The notes under the pieces were generated by a model. The model ran no database searches. It had not been told where the DNA came from and saw only the letters and a program-made list of their open reading frames with translations. The translations under genes were made by a program, and so were the position numbers. 64,000 nt of DNA, from contig JAQGDQ010000022.1 of the NCBI GenBank assembly GCA_030141605.1, positions 1,116,001 to 1,180,000 on the forward strand, written 5' to 3'. This stretch comes from Tubiluchus corallicola (lineage: Eukaryota; Animalia; Priapulida). Positions 24,785 through 39,600 of the stretch are shown piece by piece (within the stretch, counting starts at the first letter, position 1; each line of letters starts with the position of its first letter).

Positions 24785-25290
24785 ATTCCTGTTCTTGTTC
24801 CTCCTGTTCAATACTCATCGTTATCACCATTATTATTATCATCATCATAATTTTTGGTGGTCGTTGTCGTTGTGCTGCTGTCATTGTCAATGTTGTTGTT
24901 GATGATGATGATGATGATGATGTTGTTGTGGTTGTGGTTGTGGATGGCGCGGTTGTGATTGTTGTTGTTGCGGTTGTGGTTGTGGTTGTTGTTGTTGTTG
25001 CTGCTCTTACTGACAGATGGTTGTTTCATTATCGTTGACTTTGCTCTTGTTCTTGTTCGTATTCTTGCTGTTGTTTTCCTTTTTGTCATTGTTATGGTTT
25101 TTCTTGTAATTGTTCTTCTTGAATTTGTTATCCTTCTCGGTTTGTTTCTTGCTTCTTGTCTTGCTTCTTTTTGTTTGTTGTTGTGGTTGTTATTCCCATT
25201 TCATACTAGTCATCATCACTATGATTGTCATGGTTACTGTGATCATTGTCGTCATCGTTGGTAATCATTTTTATTATCATCACCAACAGT
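24785..25290. repeat. Low-complexity trinucleotide region (GTT/GAT/CAT/CTT)
   Basis: Mixed imperfect triplet repeats; the ORFs here are compositional artefacts. Confidence 0.9.
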
Positions 25291-26049
25291 GACAGTTACC
25301 GATGACAAAAGCATCTTGAAAAATTACTTTTCGTTTTGTTTTGGAATGATTCGTTACTTATGGGATTTATATATGTAATTTTCTCTTTGGATTTCACCTA
25401 ACAATCCCCACCCACCCTATGCAGACAATGGGTGGAGACTTTCAGGTAAAATCCAAAAAGCAAACTGACGAGAAAAACATGAAATTAAGGCGTGCAGTAA
25501 GTGGCAAAAAAGATTTAATGATCATATTTCGTAAGTGCACAAATCCCTATTATATATATATTTTAGCTCCTGGTTATCAACAACATTAGTATCATACTCA
25601 CTGTTATCTTTGTTAACCGTAATAAATGGTTTCAATCTGTCTATGGAAAAAGTTCTGAGTTCACCATTGACGTTTTCAAGGTGAGATGTTTGAATGAGCG
25701 ATCAAACATAGTATAGGGTCCTCATATGGTACCTCCAAGACCTTTTTCACTCTATCTACATGAAAGCAAGACCCATACTTGCTTTCATTCGTGCACCCTT
25801 GCTGCTACAAAAGGTTGCGTGGGCACAGTGTGCTGTCGTTTACCTTCTAGTATGCAGAAACATACTTCTTTAGAGACTTACAAAGCCGCTGCACTTATAA
25901 CTTTTCATTTATTGCATAGCTTTTTTACTAATTCAGAATGATTATGCATATAACTTTGATATTGATGAGTGGACCTGTCTATCCTCAGCTTCAGAAACTT
26001 TCTCTGTCTACTTCGCATCAGTTTATATAGAAGTCAATCTCCTACCTGT

Positions 26050-26250
26050 TACTTATCCACTTCGCGCCGTGTGGCGCATGGGCTGTTTCTAACACAACTT
26101 CTTTCCTAATGTGATACCCGTCTTGTCTTTAGAATATGTTATTTTTACGCCTTTGAAACATTTCTATCTTGAGATAGTTCCAATTCAACATCTCCATTGT
26201 GATTTTCCATGTTTCAGAACCATACGTTAAGACAGAGTCTATTGAGGCCT
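26050..26250 (-). mobile_element. RTE-clade LINE 3' fragment
   Basis: The minus strand encodes SVLTYGSETW (RTE post-RT motif) and ends in GCCCATGCGCCACACGGCGCGAAGTGGATAAG, resembling an RTE 3' terminus. Confidence 0.65.
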
Positions 26251-26924
26251 AAATTTTAGTTTCAGCTTTGTATTTCGGCTAGTATTATTGAAAATTCTGT
26301 GTCACAGGTGTACCAGGAAAATTTTCTCCCGAATTTTGCTGCAGGTTAATGCGTGTTAGAGAGCTACTGGGAATAAAGAGCCGAAAAAAAACTTACAGAA
26401 CTTTAAGTTATCATCAGGAAAAACTGTGTATTACTGATCTAACCTACATGTTGAGTGACATGACTGACAATTTCCGACTAAAATTCGTGATTCCGGCCAT
26501 AACCAGCTTTGAATTTCAAGTGACTTTCAACGACTCGTAAAATTTTATCTGACAAATTTAACTGGCAGGCCTTAAATGTACATACAGTATTTGGAGCTAC
26601 TCTTATTGGTAACCGTGTAAATCTGGACTTTAACAGTTGTGGAATGTGTTCTTGTATTGATGATACAACTAATTAGCTGCCGAATGTAATACTGCCATGC
26701 TTGTTTGTTAAATTTTGATGTACATTTTTTATTAACTGGTTGCTATTTATAACTGGCATTGGGCTTTTCGTTTTGGCTTTGGGTGGCATTAAGCAGAGAT
26801 AACTCATAAATTTCTGTTAGTGAGCTGTCATTACAATATACATATTTTGACCTTGCCGTTCCGTAAACTATTCTTATGATTATATGTGTTTTTGGCTGTT
26901 CGTGCTTGTAGTTTTCTTGCATGC

Positions 26925-27585
26925 CTTGAAATGACATAGAGACAAAGAGAATATACTACTAGAAAGTGATTTAGAGATAAATTAGTGTCCTACTAGAAAC
27001 TGATGTAGAGACAAACTGTGTATGGCTACTAGAAACAGATGTTGTGACATACTGAGCCTACTACTAGATGTATCACAGAGATAAACTGGACGTGCTACAA
27101 AAAGCGACATAAAGACAAAGTGAACATGCTCCTTGAAAGTGAAGTAGAGACAATCTGACTAAAAGTGATGCAGAAAAACTATGTGTACTGCTAGAAAGTG
27201 ACATTGCTAGAAAGTGCTACTTGAAACAGACGTAGAGGCAAACTGAAAGTGTTCCTAGAATTTAACATAAAAACAAACTAAACATGCTGACAGAAGTGAC
27301 AGCAAAAACTAAAATTGCTACTTGAAAGTAATGTAAAGACAAAATGGAACATCCTACTAGAAGTAATGCAAATGCAAACTGAATGTGCTACCTGAAAGTG
27401 ACACAGGAACAAACTGCATGAACACGGCATTAGAAGTGATGCAGAAATACGCTACACATGCTAATAGAAATAATGTAAATACAAACTCAGGCTGTTAGTA
27501 AAGATAGATGTAAAGACAAAGTGGAATGTGCTGCTATAAAATGATGTAGAGACGAACTAAACGTGGTATTAGAAAGTGATTTTAG
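26925..27585. repeat. Degenerate ~35-bp minisatellite, about 18 units
   Basis: Consensus approximately TACTAGAAAGTGATGTAGAGACAAACTGAATGTGC, repeated head-to-tail with no unique spacers. Confidence 0.9.
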
Positions 27586-27787
27586 CATTTGTTTTATTAT
27601 TTTATAAGAGGCGCACATAGGACACAAGAAATTTAACTTTATATAACTATAATTGATTAAAGGCTACCATAAGCAATCCACAAAAACTTTCATAAGTATT
27701 ACATAGTTGCGTATTACTGTTCAGAGTGTAAACTAAATTGTATGAAAATTTCAGATATGAAAACTGCATTTTGCCTTTTGCCATCTA

Positions 27788-28091
27788 TTAATTTTTACTT
27801 TTTACTATGCTGCCTGACTTTATCATACCATAAATAGCCTGGACAAATAGCATATGTTTCATGATATTGCGCATCATCTGGTATGTCTTGAAATCTTTGT
27901 CATAAGTAGTCGATGGACTCTTTGGCATCACACTCGGGTTGAATGCGGCCAGTTCTTTTCCAGTAACTATTGATGCTAATGACCAAACTCACAGTGTGAT
28001 CTGGGTTCGGTGAATTTAAAGCCTCAGTTTCGACCAGAAAAGCATATATGTTTACTGCATTATGATAGATCAACTCAACCGCTTTGAAAGC
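27788..28091 (-). pseudogene. Frameshifted paralog (copy C) of the last exon of the cytokine-like gene
   Basis: Same acceptor position as copy B (ttcag|GCTTTC). Reads AFKAVELIYHNAVNIYAFLVETEALNSPNPDHTVSLVI, then a ~41-nt frameshifting deletion, then ASIVTGKELAAFNPSVMPKSPSTTYDKDFKTYQMMRNIMKHMLFVQAIYGMIKSGSIVKSKN*. Confidence 0.85.
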
Positions 28092-28769
28092 CTGAATAAC
28101 AAACCATATATGATTAGATGAATTCTGTGTATTACATTCTATGTATTGTTCTAGTTATGTTAATTATTGCCTTAGAATAGTCTGACTCTATTGCTAACTA
28201 CCAGTCCAGTCATAATTGTGACTGAATGGTATGCTGCTTCCATCCGTGAACGCAACAGACACAGTACTCCTGTGCACGAATTGTTTTAGTATTGGTGTAC
28301 AAAGATTTTATCTATCTATCTATCTGTTTCAAAATGGAAGCTACAATTGTGTTTCTGCATACAAACATGAAACCTGAAAGAAAAGTTATCCAGCTTAAAG
28401 CTAGATTGCTATTTGTTGGAGCTGAATATAACTTTTAGTATCAATTGGTGTTGTATTACGACCAGCATATAATTACAGTTGTTTTAGGTAAGGCACTAAA
28501 TGTGTTAACGTTAAAGTTTTGTCACTAGCGAGCACGCAATTTAAGATAACCATTAAAAACTAGTTACTACGCTTAACTCATCAGATCTGCTACAAAATTA
28601 TTAATTATGTAAAAATTGCTCAAAATAAATTTATATCTTTTGTATAATTATGTAGCTTTTCCAACGTAAAATAAATACAGTAGTATCAAAATTCTAACAA
28701 CAGTTCTGTTTTTATAGAACGCTTCAACGCAAGAGTTGATAAATTCATCATTTTTACAGTTAATATTAT

Positions 28770-29229
28770 TGTTGCAGAGATCCACTAGAATGTTCTATAG
28801 TATAGTAGAACCAATCTTCTTACCTTATAGAAGCACTCGAAGTTTCGAGAAGTTTCTATACGCGATGCGCGTAGTAGTTTCTTGATTGTTCATGCCCTGA
28901 TATATATAAGGCGGAGCTGGCCACTCAAGTTTATTCTCGTATTCTCAGATACGCTCTCTCACTTTCACGTTTCCAGATTATCAGTTCATCATCATCATCA
29001 TCATACGCCCGTCGCGTCTATTGTAGACATTGGGCAGGCAGAATTCTAAAATAAAAGAAATCTGCTTTCAGACAGGTAAACGCAGCAGTAATCCACCAAA
29101 AAAACTACACACTGCTACGCCAGTGGCTTGTCAGCACCACTTCCGTCGGAAGATTATCACTTGACTGTACATCTTTTGCATTCCTTCATACTTTTGTGTT
29201 GTAAAATAAACTAGTTTAATTTGACAACG
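28770..29229 (+). mobile_element. Possible solo LTR carrying a nested short antisense retro-insertion (28987-29150)
   Basis: Starts TGTTG and ends CAAC(G), with TATATATAAGG (~28902) and AATAAA (~29205). The nested insert has a (CAT)n tail and a 12-bp TSD-like pair AGATTATCAGTT / AGATTATCACTT. The LTR TSD is not clean. Confidence 0.45.
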
Positions 29230-30603
29230 TATTTTGACAAACGAATACAATTTGACTTGTATTAGTTTTATAAACAAAAATGGCATTGTTATTGGAAATT
29301 ACATCATCAATTGTTAGTATTTTACACTCACTATATAGAAGTCTGACATTTTGCTTCTCTGCTTGGCAAATGTTAATGAGGCTATGGATGAAAGCACGAA
29401 ACCTAATGTATGTGCCATGGCTCCAAGAGCCTTCCTAAGTATCCTAACTTTAAATGAATGTATGGTTATTGTTTTGGAATACTGTATGTTATCTTCTGTA
29501 GCATGAATATGGTTATAAGATACAATACATCTATGATTTATACATGGGCCCAGTGTAATATAATCAATTCGTAATATGTTTAGAGGTTATTCTTGTGAAT
29601 AAAGTTAGTATTGATCCACATACCTGTTAAATCAGCAAATATCTTTTATGTCTAAAGATGTTTGAGTGAGTTTTAATGACAGGAATAAGCATAACTAGTT
29701 GCATGCAATGTTTTCATATTTTGCAAGCTATTGAACTGAGAAGTCTGAAATCGATTTTTCCAACATTTTCCTTTAGAATCCATTGCGTCATCATTCCACT
29801 GACATTCCACATGGGTTAGTTCACTGACCCATATAATTATAATTTCTTTCAAATCAACTTCAAGGTCTTCTGTGGTTTACCTTTCTCAGTGTTTAATCTT
29901 TGAAGCATGCATGTACAACTTTACCTATGAGGCTGTTAAATAGTTAATATAATGGAACAAAAATCGAATGTCATTGTACTTTGTTTGATACTCAATGGCT
30001 GCTTTGACATCAATTTGTGCTTTGTGGCAACAGATTTCGCTGGCTTCACAAATAAGAATAACAAATAGAATTTTTCAAATATTTTTAAATGCACGATGCA
30101 TTCATTAAAATTGCCACCATCCTTAACTTTAATGCAAATTGCCATTGATTGTAGCTAAAATCACCTACAGGTGTTTCAGATTTCCTACATATTTGACATA
30201 TTTATTTTTCCTCAATAAGCATGTTACAGTCAATTCTTGGGTAACCAAAAGAAACCGCCTTTAAGTGATAAAACACCATATTACTTCACATACAAATGCA
30301 TGCATGAGTTGAACAAAATAGTTTTCAAAATACAGAGTGCAACAGCTACACAAACTAAATGGAACAACATAAAAAAAATAAAAAATATTGATCGACAACA
30401 TTATCAGTAACTTACAAGTATCAGCTTACATATAGACCACGACCAGTACAACATGATGCACATTAAATGTTGCTAAATAGACAGGATATAATCTATACCA
30501 GCTTTATACAACAGATGACATAAGTAACTAACTCCGAAAACGATTACAGCGTCAACTACACAAAATTCTATATGATATCTTATCTATAAGATAGGATAAT
30601 GAT

Positions 30604-33600
30604 TTATACAAAGCCAAATGTTTTTGTTTTAATAGCCAATAGCAGCTTTTGTTTAAGAATGGGTTTTGATGAGTACAGCGGGATGTAGAGACGAGAAATG
30701 CAGGTGTTAGCCGTTGGAAGATGATTGTCGTCTGCTGGACGAACCGTAATAGTGGGCATGGGTTGAAATCCCTCCTCACTAGCCGGCAGAGCAGGACTAG
30801 ATGTCCAGAAATAGACCTGAAATGAAAAGAATTGGTCTCAAATTATTGTTATTCAGAATTTCAACTATAAAATTTTGAATTTGCATTGAAATTTGTCATT
30901 GAATTAGCACACAATTAACCACAGTTAAAGGTGGCAGTAATTCTATTCAATTTTGAATTTTTTATCGTTGTCGACATTGTTTGAAAGGTCTTGTTTTCTA
31001 TGATTCAATTCCTATGCAATTCATTTTTTGATTAACCCTGTATTAATACTGTATTAATTTCTCGAAAGCACCAATATATATTTATAATTATGTTGACCAT
31101 TTTTATATTTCTTTAATGGAGTGGGTTGAGGTTCAACACATTACTTTGCCCAGGACCTATATCACTGTTACAATTGACGTCTATGAGTTGTTGCTTAACC
31201 ATGATGCAGTTTAGTTTAGTTTAGTTTAGTTTATGGCTTTGCAAGTTAGACAAAGACAACTATTTAATTAACTTTAAATAAGGACAAAACAAAATGTTTG
31301 TTTTCTTTTCTGGTCAGTTTTTATAAACCTCAATGAGATCTTTACAGTCAAAATTAATTCAAAACTTATATTATACATCAATGTAATATTAGTTAATTTT
31401 ACACTATTTTTCTGGTTATAATCATGGTTAAAATATGTCTTTGGGACTTATGTGACTCGGGCATTCAATTTAAGGGTTGTCTATGGAATGGAACAGTCAA
31501 ATTTATTCTACTTCCGTAATCTGACAAATGGAAAAATACAAAAACTGAATGAATCTTGCAGACAATCACATGATCAGTTAATATAAAAAAATACATCGCA
31601 GGCTTGATGTTCGTATGTTTAAAGGCAAGAGAGACTTAATATTTTTGTTGCTAATTTATTGTAAAGCAAGGCTAACTGGCTTAGTTTCCTTATTATACTT
31701 ACGTCTCTGTGTTTTGTAGTGCTTTGAAACTTCGCCTCTACATTCTGTTTAAATTGAAAAGTCATTTTTGGATACTTGAAGTGTTAATTTTGTGTAAAAT
31801 AGCTGCTGCTCTAAAAATTTGTGTTTATGAAAAAGTGCAATCTGCTGATTAGACATTAACCATGATAATTAGACATTAACCGGTAGAGCGATAGACCAAT
31901 ATGTTTGATGTCAATTGCCTTAAGTGTGTAAATTGCTGTTGTAGTCATAGATTACCAAATAACTGGTGATTTTATGCACCTGTAGCTTTAAGTATGTCAG
32001 ACTGCTTTCAAATCACTAACATTGTATCTATGTAAGCTCCCACATAATATCACATCATTTCTTTCAATGAAACTGCTACTGTATACAAAAATGCTAAATT
32101 TGGAAACATAAGTAAGTAAGCAACATTACTGCTTTCAATTCTAATATATGTATCAAAAAGAATAAAATTGGAATATAAGCATTGGAATAGAATCAAGGAA
32201 CTAAGATTAATGGCTCAATTACTTCAGAATGGTAGTTACTGAATGGAGGGATTGCTTAGGCAATACTTTGATATAAACAAATGTTCTGTTCTGTTACTCA
32301 ATTACTTTATACCACCCTAGCAAAAGGTTATGTATCACGCTATAACTTGCAATGCTAGTTGAAAGGCTTACCAAATCCTGCCTCTCTTGTGGATTCATTT
32401 TTTCTATAATGGACCAAAACCATCGTTTAAACCTCAACAGTTTTTCACCACCCTCACCTGGAAAAACAAAGCAAATGCTTTTTAGTGTACCACATGATAT
32501 AAAACAAACAAAAATATGTGACAGCCAATAATCCATAGATATTGTAAAAAATATGTAAGCTAGCAATAAAAACTATGCCTTCAAATAAAGTTATCAGTGC
32601 TAAATTGATATTTGCTTAGCACTTTTTAAATACAGTGAACAATTTTACTGAAATTTGTTAACTGAATACAAATTAAGCAAAATTTCAAATTTACAAACCA
32701 TCAGAAAATGGTGAAATGGCATGACTCCTAGAAATGCTGACAACTAATTTCACCCACTAATACTTACCACTTTCGTTCATAAAGGATGTATAGCTTATGA
32801 GTGTTTGCACATCTACATCACCCACACCGTTTAGTAACAAGCGGAAATCTTCAGCAGTTAAACCTTCTAATGCTGTAGATTGTAGAACGTCAAACACACC
32901 TTTCCTCAGATTCTAACAAAGACAAAACAGTAAGAACACAAATAAGATTACTAATAAATCATTTCTTTTAAAATATTATTTTTAGAACCTTCTTTTCAAT
33001 ATTATTTATTAATGATGACATAAACGCACAATTGTTAAATTTTTGAAAATAAACCTGGCAGAGAGGAAATATGAAAAGCTGGAGAATGAGCCTGGAGATA
33101 ACAATACCAGTGCCACAGGCGACTGCTTATGATTAAGGCAAACGTCAAGGCTATAAAACTAGTAAATGATGAGACAGCAGCTTGGAAAACTTCAACTTTC
33201 AAAGCGTCCAATTTCATACGCTACAACTAACTAATTTTTTCATCAAGAACTCAAGAATACGTATCTAAACATGAGTAAAACACCTGTACACCTGTTCAGG
33301 GTTTCATCATGGAGCAATGTCTTTCATAATGAACTACATTTCAGTCCCAGCACAACAATCTGCATTAAGCCCTGCCATTTAGGACTGGATTTGGCTGAAC
33401 AGAATGAGACACTGTTTCGGTTTACTTTCTAGAACCCTGCTACAGCTGCAAATTCTGTAACATGTTTTTAGTATGCACAGTAAGTTTTAGTCAACAGCAG
33501 AAATTAGAAATTAACAAGCTAGAACTTCACATAAATATTGCATAAATACTACTACACAGATTCAGAAATCCCTTAAACCAATGAGTACAGCTAAGTAACT

Positions 33601-36600
33601 TACTTCTAGTGCCTTCTCTGCCACTTTGATTAGTCTATACTCAGCATACAATCTCACATATTCATACACATTTTGTGGCGTCACTTCCACATCCATTCCA
33701 CGATGCATTAGCTCCACTTGTCCGCCGCCCTGTAAATAAAAACACTTATGGTTGTATTTGCTTCATACAGTTACAACAGTAACTCTTATTAACTAAAATT
33801 TCAACAAAAGTAAAGGAAAGCAAAACGCTATTATCAGTATTGCTGAAAAAAACATAAGTTACTAATTTTCTTGCATCGAAGGGCTAAGCACTTAAAATGT
33901 GACCTTCGTTGAAGCCTTAAGGTAAAATTTTTTAGTTTAATGACTTAATAAAGCAACGGGACTTTCTATGCAATTTGATGTTAACATAAGCTTTTCATGA
34001 TATTATGCTGCTTTGGAAATGTCTTATGCACTTATGGGTATAATATGCAATAAAATATCAACAAGGAATAGGGAAAATACTATCAGTTAAATTAACATTG
34101 TCCCTGTCAAGGTTGCCTGTTTTGCACATGAAAGATCAGTGCAATTGATCGTGCAAAAGCCGCGAGTTGTAAAATTAATTGAAAGTACTCTATCCTGCCA
34201 ATAAGATTCTAGTGAGTAAAAAATGAATTAATGAAACTACCTCTTCCGGTCGAAGGTCAATGCTGAACGTCAAATCTAATGCTGCAAACATTAGATTAGC
34301 GTCTTTATGTTCGGCATCTAGCATAAGCTGTCGTAAACTTTCGTACATGACGGGATCGAAAAATGCTAGATCATGCCAGGCTATTTTTCTTCCAAGAATA
34401 TACTTGTACACATGGCGATTTAAAAATATAGGGCACAGTTCATTCTGAAGTAGACATAGTCCGATCACCCTGAAATAAAAAGTATTTGTAGAAACAAATA
34501 TTGTTTATATTTTATCTATACAAGCCAAGAAAGCGCATGTTATATCCCGGACTACAGGTAATGAACCTGTTCATATTCCTTAGCACTGTATTACACTAAG
34601 TGGTACAAAATATCATTATGAAAATCCTTCAGAAATTGCATTTAGCGTTTTACATGCTCAAGTAAATGAAAGCAAACTGATATGATTAATATGCACATGT
34701 AAAAAGTATACAGCTTACATGCAAATCATGGTGAAGCTAACAGGCCATGTGTGAAGTCAGTGGCTAAAAGGGAAATGGTAGTGAAAGGGCAGTGAATCAC
34801 TGCTTAATCATAGTGGAACAAACATGAATTACTGATTTTAAAAGCCAGTCCTTACGCAAAGCTGATGGATTTTAAAAAGCTGCAAGACCAATATTGCATT
34901 GTTTATTTCACTACGCAATAACAGAATCACATATTGTAAGCCCTGCTGACAAAATTCTCCTAATACGTATCACCTAATATATGCTGCTTTCCAATTACAA
35001 CTGTACAATTAAAACTTTATCCCAAATTTTAGACAATGATGTAGATGCATTACCTTCCTATATTACGAAAGACATTCAATCTTTCTGGAGTGTTGCGACC
35101 AGGACGAGGCGAGTAGAATCCTCGTTTTCCTGGACAGTAGAACAATGGTGAGACATCCTCCAAACATGCAGGGTCATCGTCATCTCCTTCTGTGTCACTG
35201 TTCCTGTTTTGCCTTTCACTAGATGGTCCTGATCCTGGACTTCTAAACAGAGTTTATCAAATATTAAATTTCTTTTTCTGTTAACCCACATTGACCTAAT
35301 CTGGGATCTCTAAACCCCGTAAACAGAAAACAGCAAATACCAAATTCTTAATCTCTTTCGCTAAAATGCATAATCATGAAAACAATTGAACTCTTCTTGC
35401 TTTTTTTGTTTTAGTGGGAAACACTATAAGTCATGTAAGGTTATTTGTACGGCAATGAATAAGGCAGTGAAAATTACTATAATTGCTTCAAGAATTGCCA
35501 TATCATTAAAGTGCAGATTGAATGAATTTTCATATCCTACCACACTTTGAAGTACGATTAAAAGTATACATTTAAACACCTATAATAATGCAAAATGTTT
35601 CTGGAATTAACAGCAAGCGAGCCCAACTACTGATGACATCATAACTGAAACAACTTCAACAGCACAAACATTCCGCGAACATTGCACATGTTTGCAAATG
35701 CGAAAACAAAATACAGTGCTACTGCATAACATACAGTGTGGTGCACAAAAACTCAGCATATTTTTCAAATTTTAAGTATAATAATGCCGTAATAACACAT
35801 GAGCTCTTGAACGTGTGCACTACGCCACAACTGAACACCTCTGAACATAGAGATACAGCACCTGTTTTTGTGCAATGCATTTCCGAGATGTAAAAGCGAA
35901 GCACTAGCCACGCGAATGCGAAATTATTGCTCTGTGGTAATAATTATTTCACGTAAGTCATTCTTCAAAAAACAGCATGTGTTCGATTTCAATATTTTGC
36001 AGGGCTGATTGTTTTCAGCTATAGTTTAAGATAGGGTCCGATTTTGCTTTAAAAGTAGAAATTTCTGAATCTGCCAACAGTTTCTACCACTTGTGTAAGT
36101 CCCATGAAGTATTCTAGTGGCATTTCAGAATTCAGCTATACTGTGGTGTTACAAACTAATCTTGTTCTATTATTGCAAATAATTGCCCTTTTTTGGAAAT
36201 GTCCAATTTGACATGTATGAAGCCTAAAGTAAATAACTGCAAAAAACTTACCGTCCCTGAGACATAATGATATCGACTGCGTCTTCAACCCGAGTCATGA
36301 GGGATTCCTCCGAAGCCAGCAGCAGTAAGAGCTGGGCTGGTGAGAGTTCTAGAAGCATACCAGTGACCTTGCCAGCGAGAGTCTGTCAAAACCAAAGAAG
36401 ATCAATATATTTCTTTAACAAGGCATTATTAAAAGGTTAGTATCTGCACCCCAAGACATCAAGCATCTAAATGTGTAGTATGTATATGGTGTCAAGCCAA
36501 TAGCATCTGACAAGTTTATCTTCACCATGGAACTTATTAATTTCAATTTAACAAACTTTGGTAAAATGAAAGCCAAAAATTAAAATATACAAAAGCGGAC

Positions 36601-39600
36601 ATCAACTTACAGGTCGAAGAGCTTGTATTTTGGGATACAATCGTTCTCCAAGTTGCTTTTTGTCATCAGACAAGTGGTCATTCTCCCCTTGTGATTCCGA
36701 AGATGGACAGAAAGGACGGGCATCATAGGAAAGAGTTGTGCGACGAGATCGCTCTTTGCCTCTCTGACTACTATAGCGGCGCTCTTTTTCTCTCTCTCGC
36801 GTTCTCAATCTCTGAATTAGATCTAAAAACAGAAAAAAAAACAAAGTTTAAGACAAATTCTACCATTAATTTTAAAATACTTAAATTAATTTCACAACAA
36901 CTTAAGCAAAATGACTTATAACTACAACAATAGTACATGAGCAATAATTTCATTATGAAGTCTGAGTAATAAGGCAGTAAGCCAGTTGAAGTTTGGAGAT
37001 AGAAAACTGCATAAATGTAATTAGATGTCATTTTAGCAAAAAATTTATTATTGATCTTTAATGACAAAAAGAAGCAGATCTGGGAAAATCTAGAGAAACA
37101 TGTCAAAGTAATGTCTTAATTACAGTATCAATCGTAACTTTGACTACACAGTCAAGCAAAAATCGGTTCTTTGAAATGCCAACCAAGAAATGCTAAAATT
37201 CAGTCAGACATGGATCAACAAACAGAATTCAGATCTACTCAGTTGGCTAAAAAAACTATCCACAGCTCACTATGAAAACTGCCCATTCTTGTAAGAAAAT
37301 GCATTCTTGTAAAAACAACAATCATAATTAACAGTGATAATTCATCTAACTTTTCTATACTCAATGTGATAATTAAAGGATTAATTTTCATTCACTTATG
37401 CATCCATCCACATGACCACATAGAATCAAAACGTTCATCAACACAAGTTTTTTATCTTTCCTTTCTTTGTTTAGTCTATATATTTCTTTCTACTTTCCTA
37501 TCATTTGCTTTTCCTATTTTTCTTCAGTTTTTTTTCACAGACATGTTCATTTTCCACAATCTGTACTTGTCTTTAGGTTCTCTTCTCTACTTTTTTTCCA
37601 TTTGTTAAGTCAATTACTTAATACATACAACAATACAATGTATAAATCTTAGACTAACGTTGTTTACATCATTGCCATCCGTATATGAAATCTGCAGGTT
37701 TTCAAACCTGCTGTGGCAATGAAACCAGTTTCCAGTAAAAGATTTTCATTATAGTATGGACTAAGCAAATGTTAGGAATGTCAATAAACAGGTTTTCTGT
37801 AACAACAAGCTAATAGTTTCCACTGTTCACAGGAACAAAAACAAAACCTGTTTCAAAAGCCAAAAGTATACTACAGAATTACAAACAAAGCCAACTATAG
37901 AAGTCAAGACACTGTCACTTCCTTAATTACCTAAATGTTATCTATTGAGAATAAACAAGCACAGCAGGGTAATTTCAGAGCTCAAAGCATAAATTTACTG
38001 GTGATGTAATTCCACAAGCAGTTAGGCTTGTGAACTAAAACAGTTAACTTGACTGACTGTATGAATATTCTCAGCAAGCAAAGAATCAAGAAAGCAGACA
38101 AGTTGTAGCCTCACTTGCAATTAGACAGTACGTAAAGATGCCAGCAGAAACAGTGAATTGGAGACAAAGTGAGAGTTTACAGAAGAACTTGATGTATGCT
38201 TTCAAGAATGAACTTATGGTTGACATCACTTTCATCGTTGGTCAGCAGCAAAAAAGCATTAAAGCTCATAAGTTACTATTGGCTATGCAAAGTGCAGTGT
38301 TTGAGGACATGTTTTCCAAAAGACGTGAATCGACCGTCCTCATACCAGACATAACACCGACTGTTTTCAGTGAACTCCTAGAGTACTTGTACACTGACAC
38401 AATAGTATTCACTAAAGAGAACTCAACACAACTTATCCACTGTGCAAGAAAATATGGCCTGCCACACTTGGAGGACAAAGTCACAAGATTCCTGTTTTGT
38501 GCTGCAGATAAAGAAACTGTGTGCACTATCATGAATGTGGCAGCAAAGTTCTGCAAGACTCAGTTGGTACAAAGATGTTGGGAAATCATTGACAGCAATG
38601 CAGACGAAATTGTGACCATGGAGAACTTCACAACCTTGACATATGACACTGTGCTGCAGCTGGTCAACCGAGAAACACTTGGGATAAAAGAAGGTGACCT
38701 TTTCCATGGTGTAACACGTTGGGCAGAAGCTGAATGCATTCGCCAACAGCTGAGGCCAACAACAGCCAACCAGAGAAGTGTTTTGAACAACATCCTTCTA
38801 GGTTTGAGGTTTTCTGCAATGGGAGAGCAGGAATTTACAGACGGGCCTGCAAAGTCTGGTCTACTTACTGCAAAAGAGAAGCTTAGTGTATATAAATACA
38901 AGCACTCATCTAAGAAACCACTTCCTTTATTCAATGACAAGCCAAGAATGTATCCCATACCACTGCACATGGAAGTACCTATGCAAGTCTTGCAGAAAAT
39001 GTACCCTTGTGGAGAGCTGTACCGTGGAGGGAACAGGTCACAAGGAGCTGGTGCATACTGGACACTAGCTATCCAAAGAAGCAAAATGGAATGTTGCAAA
39101 GATGAACCAAGTTCAGCTATCTGTGTTTACATTTGTCTGTGTCCGGATTACAAGCAACAACATTTTATTATTTGCAAAGGAACTGTGATCAAATTGATCA
39201 ATGAAGATGCTGCTCAATGCATATCTCACACAACGTCTGAGGATGCGCTGATAGGAAAGGGAAGTGGAAATACCGGGAAGATATTTATGAAGAACAACTT
39301 GCCAGTTACTTGGGACGACTTACTGGACCCAAATTCAGGATTCCTAAAGGACAACACAGTAGTTATAGAAGTATTACTAAAAGCTCAGTTAATTAACAAT
39401 GCTTAAATGCAGCAATAAAATTAATATTGTCTTTCTTATCATAATTTTGCTATTAATAACCAACATATATTTAATAAAGTAGCATCATGAACATAATAAC
39501 AATCTCAACAAATTTGTTCTAATTTATTGCAACTCTTATTATTATTGGAAACTGTTTACTATAACTGTTTAGTATTTTTACTTGTTTAACTTATTTTCTG

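Noticed and set aside
24669-25292. Hydrophobic or Asn-rich ORFs as signal peptide or membrane proteins
   Set aside because: They are translations of trinucleotide low-complexity repeats.
26925-27585. CRISPR-like array
   Set aside because: The units are contiguous and degenerate with no unique spacers, the context is eukaryotic, and there are no cas genes.
17784-28091. Idea that the minus-strand fragments are inverted MTHFSD duplicates
   Set aside because: Their translations share no motifs with MTHFSD; they resemble only each other.
28260-29940. Candidate upstream exons of copy C (~28372, ~29724-29625, ~29932-29881)
   Set aside because: Splice-like signals exist, but the frames have stops and similarity to copy B exons is too weak to call by eye.
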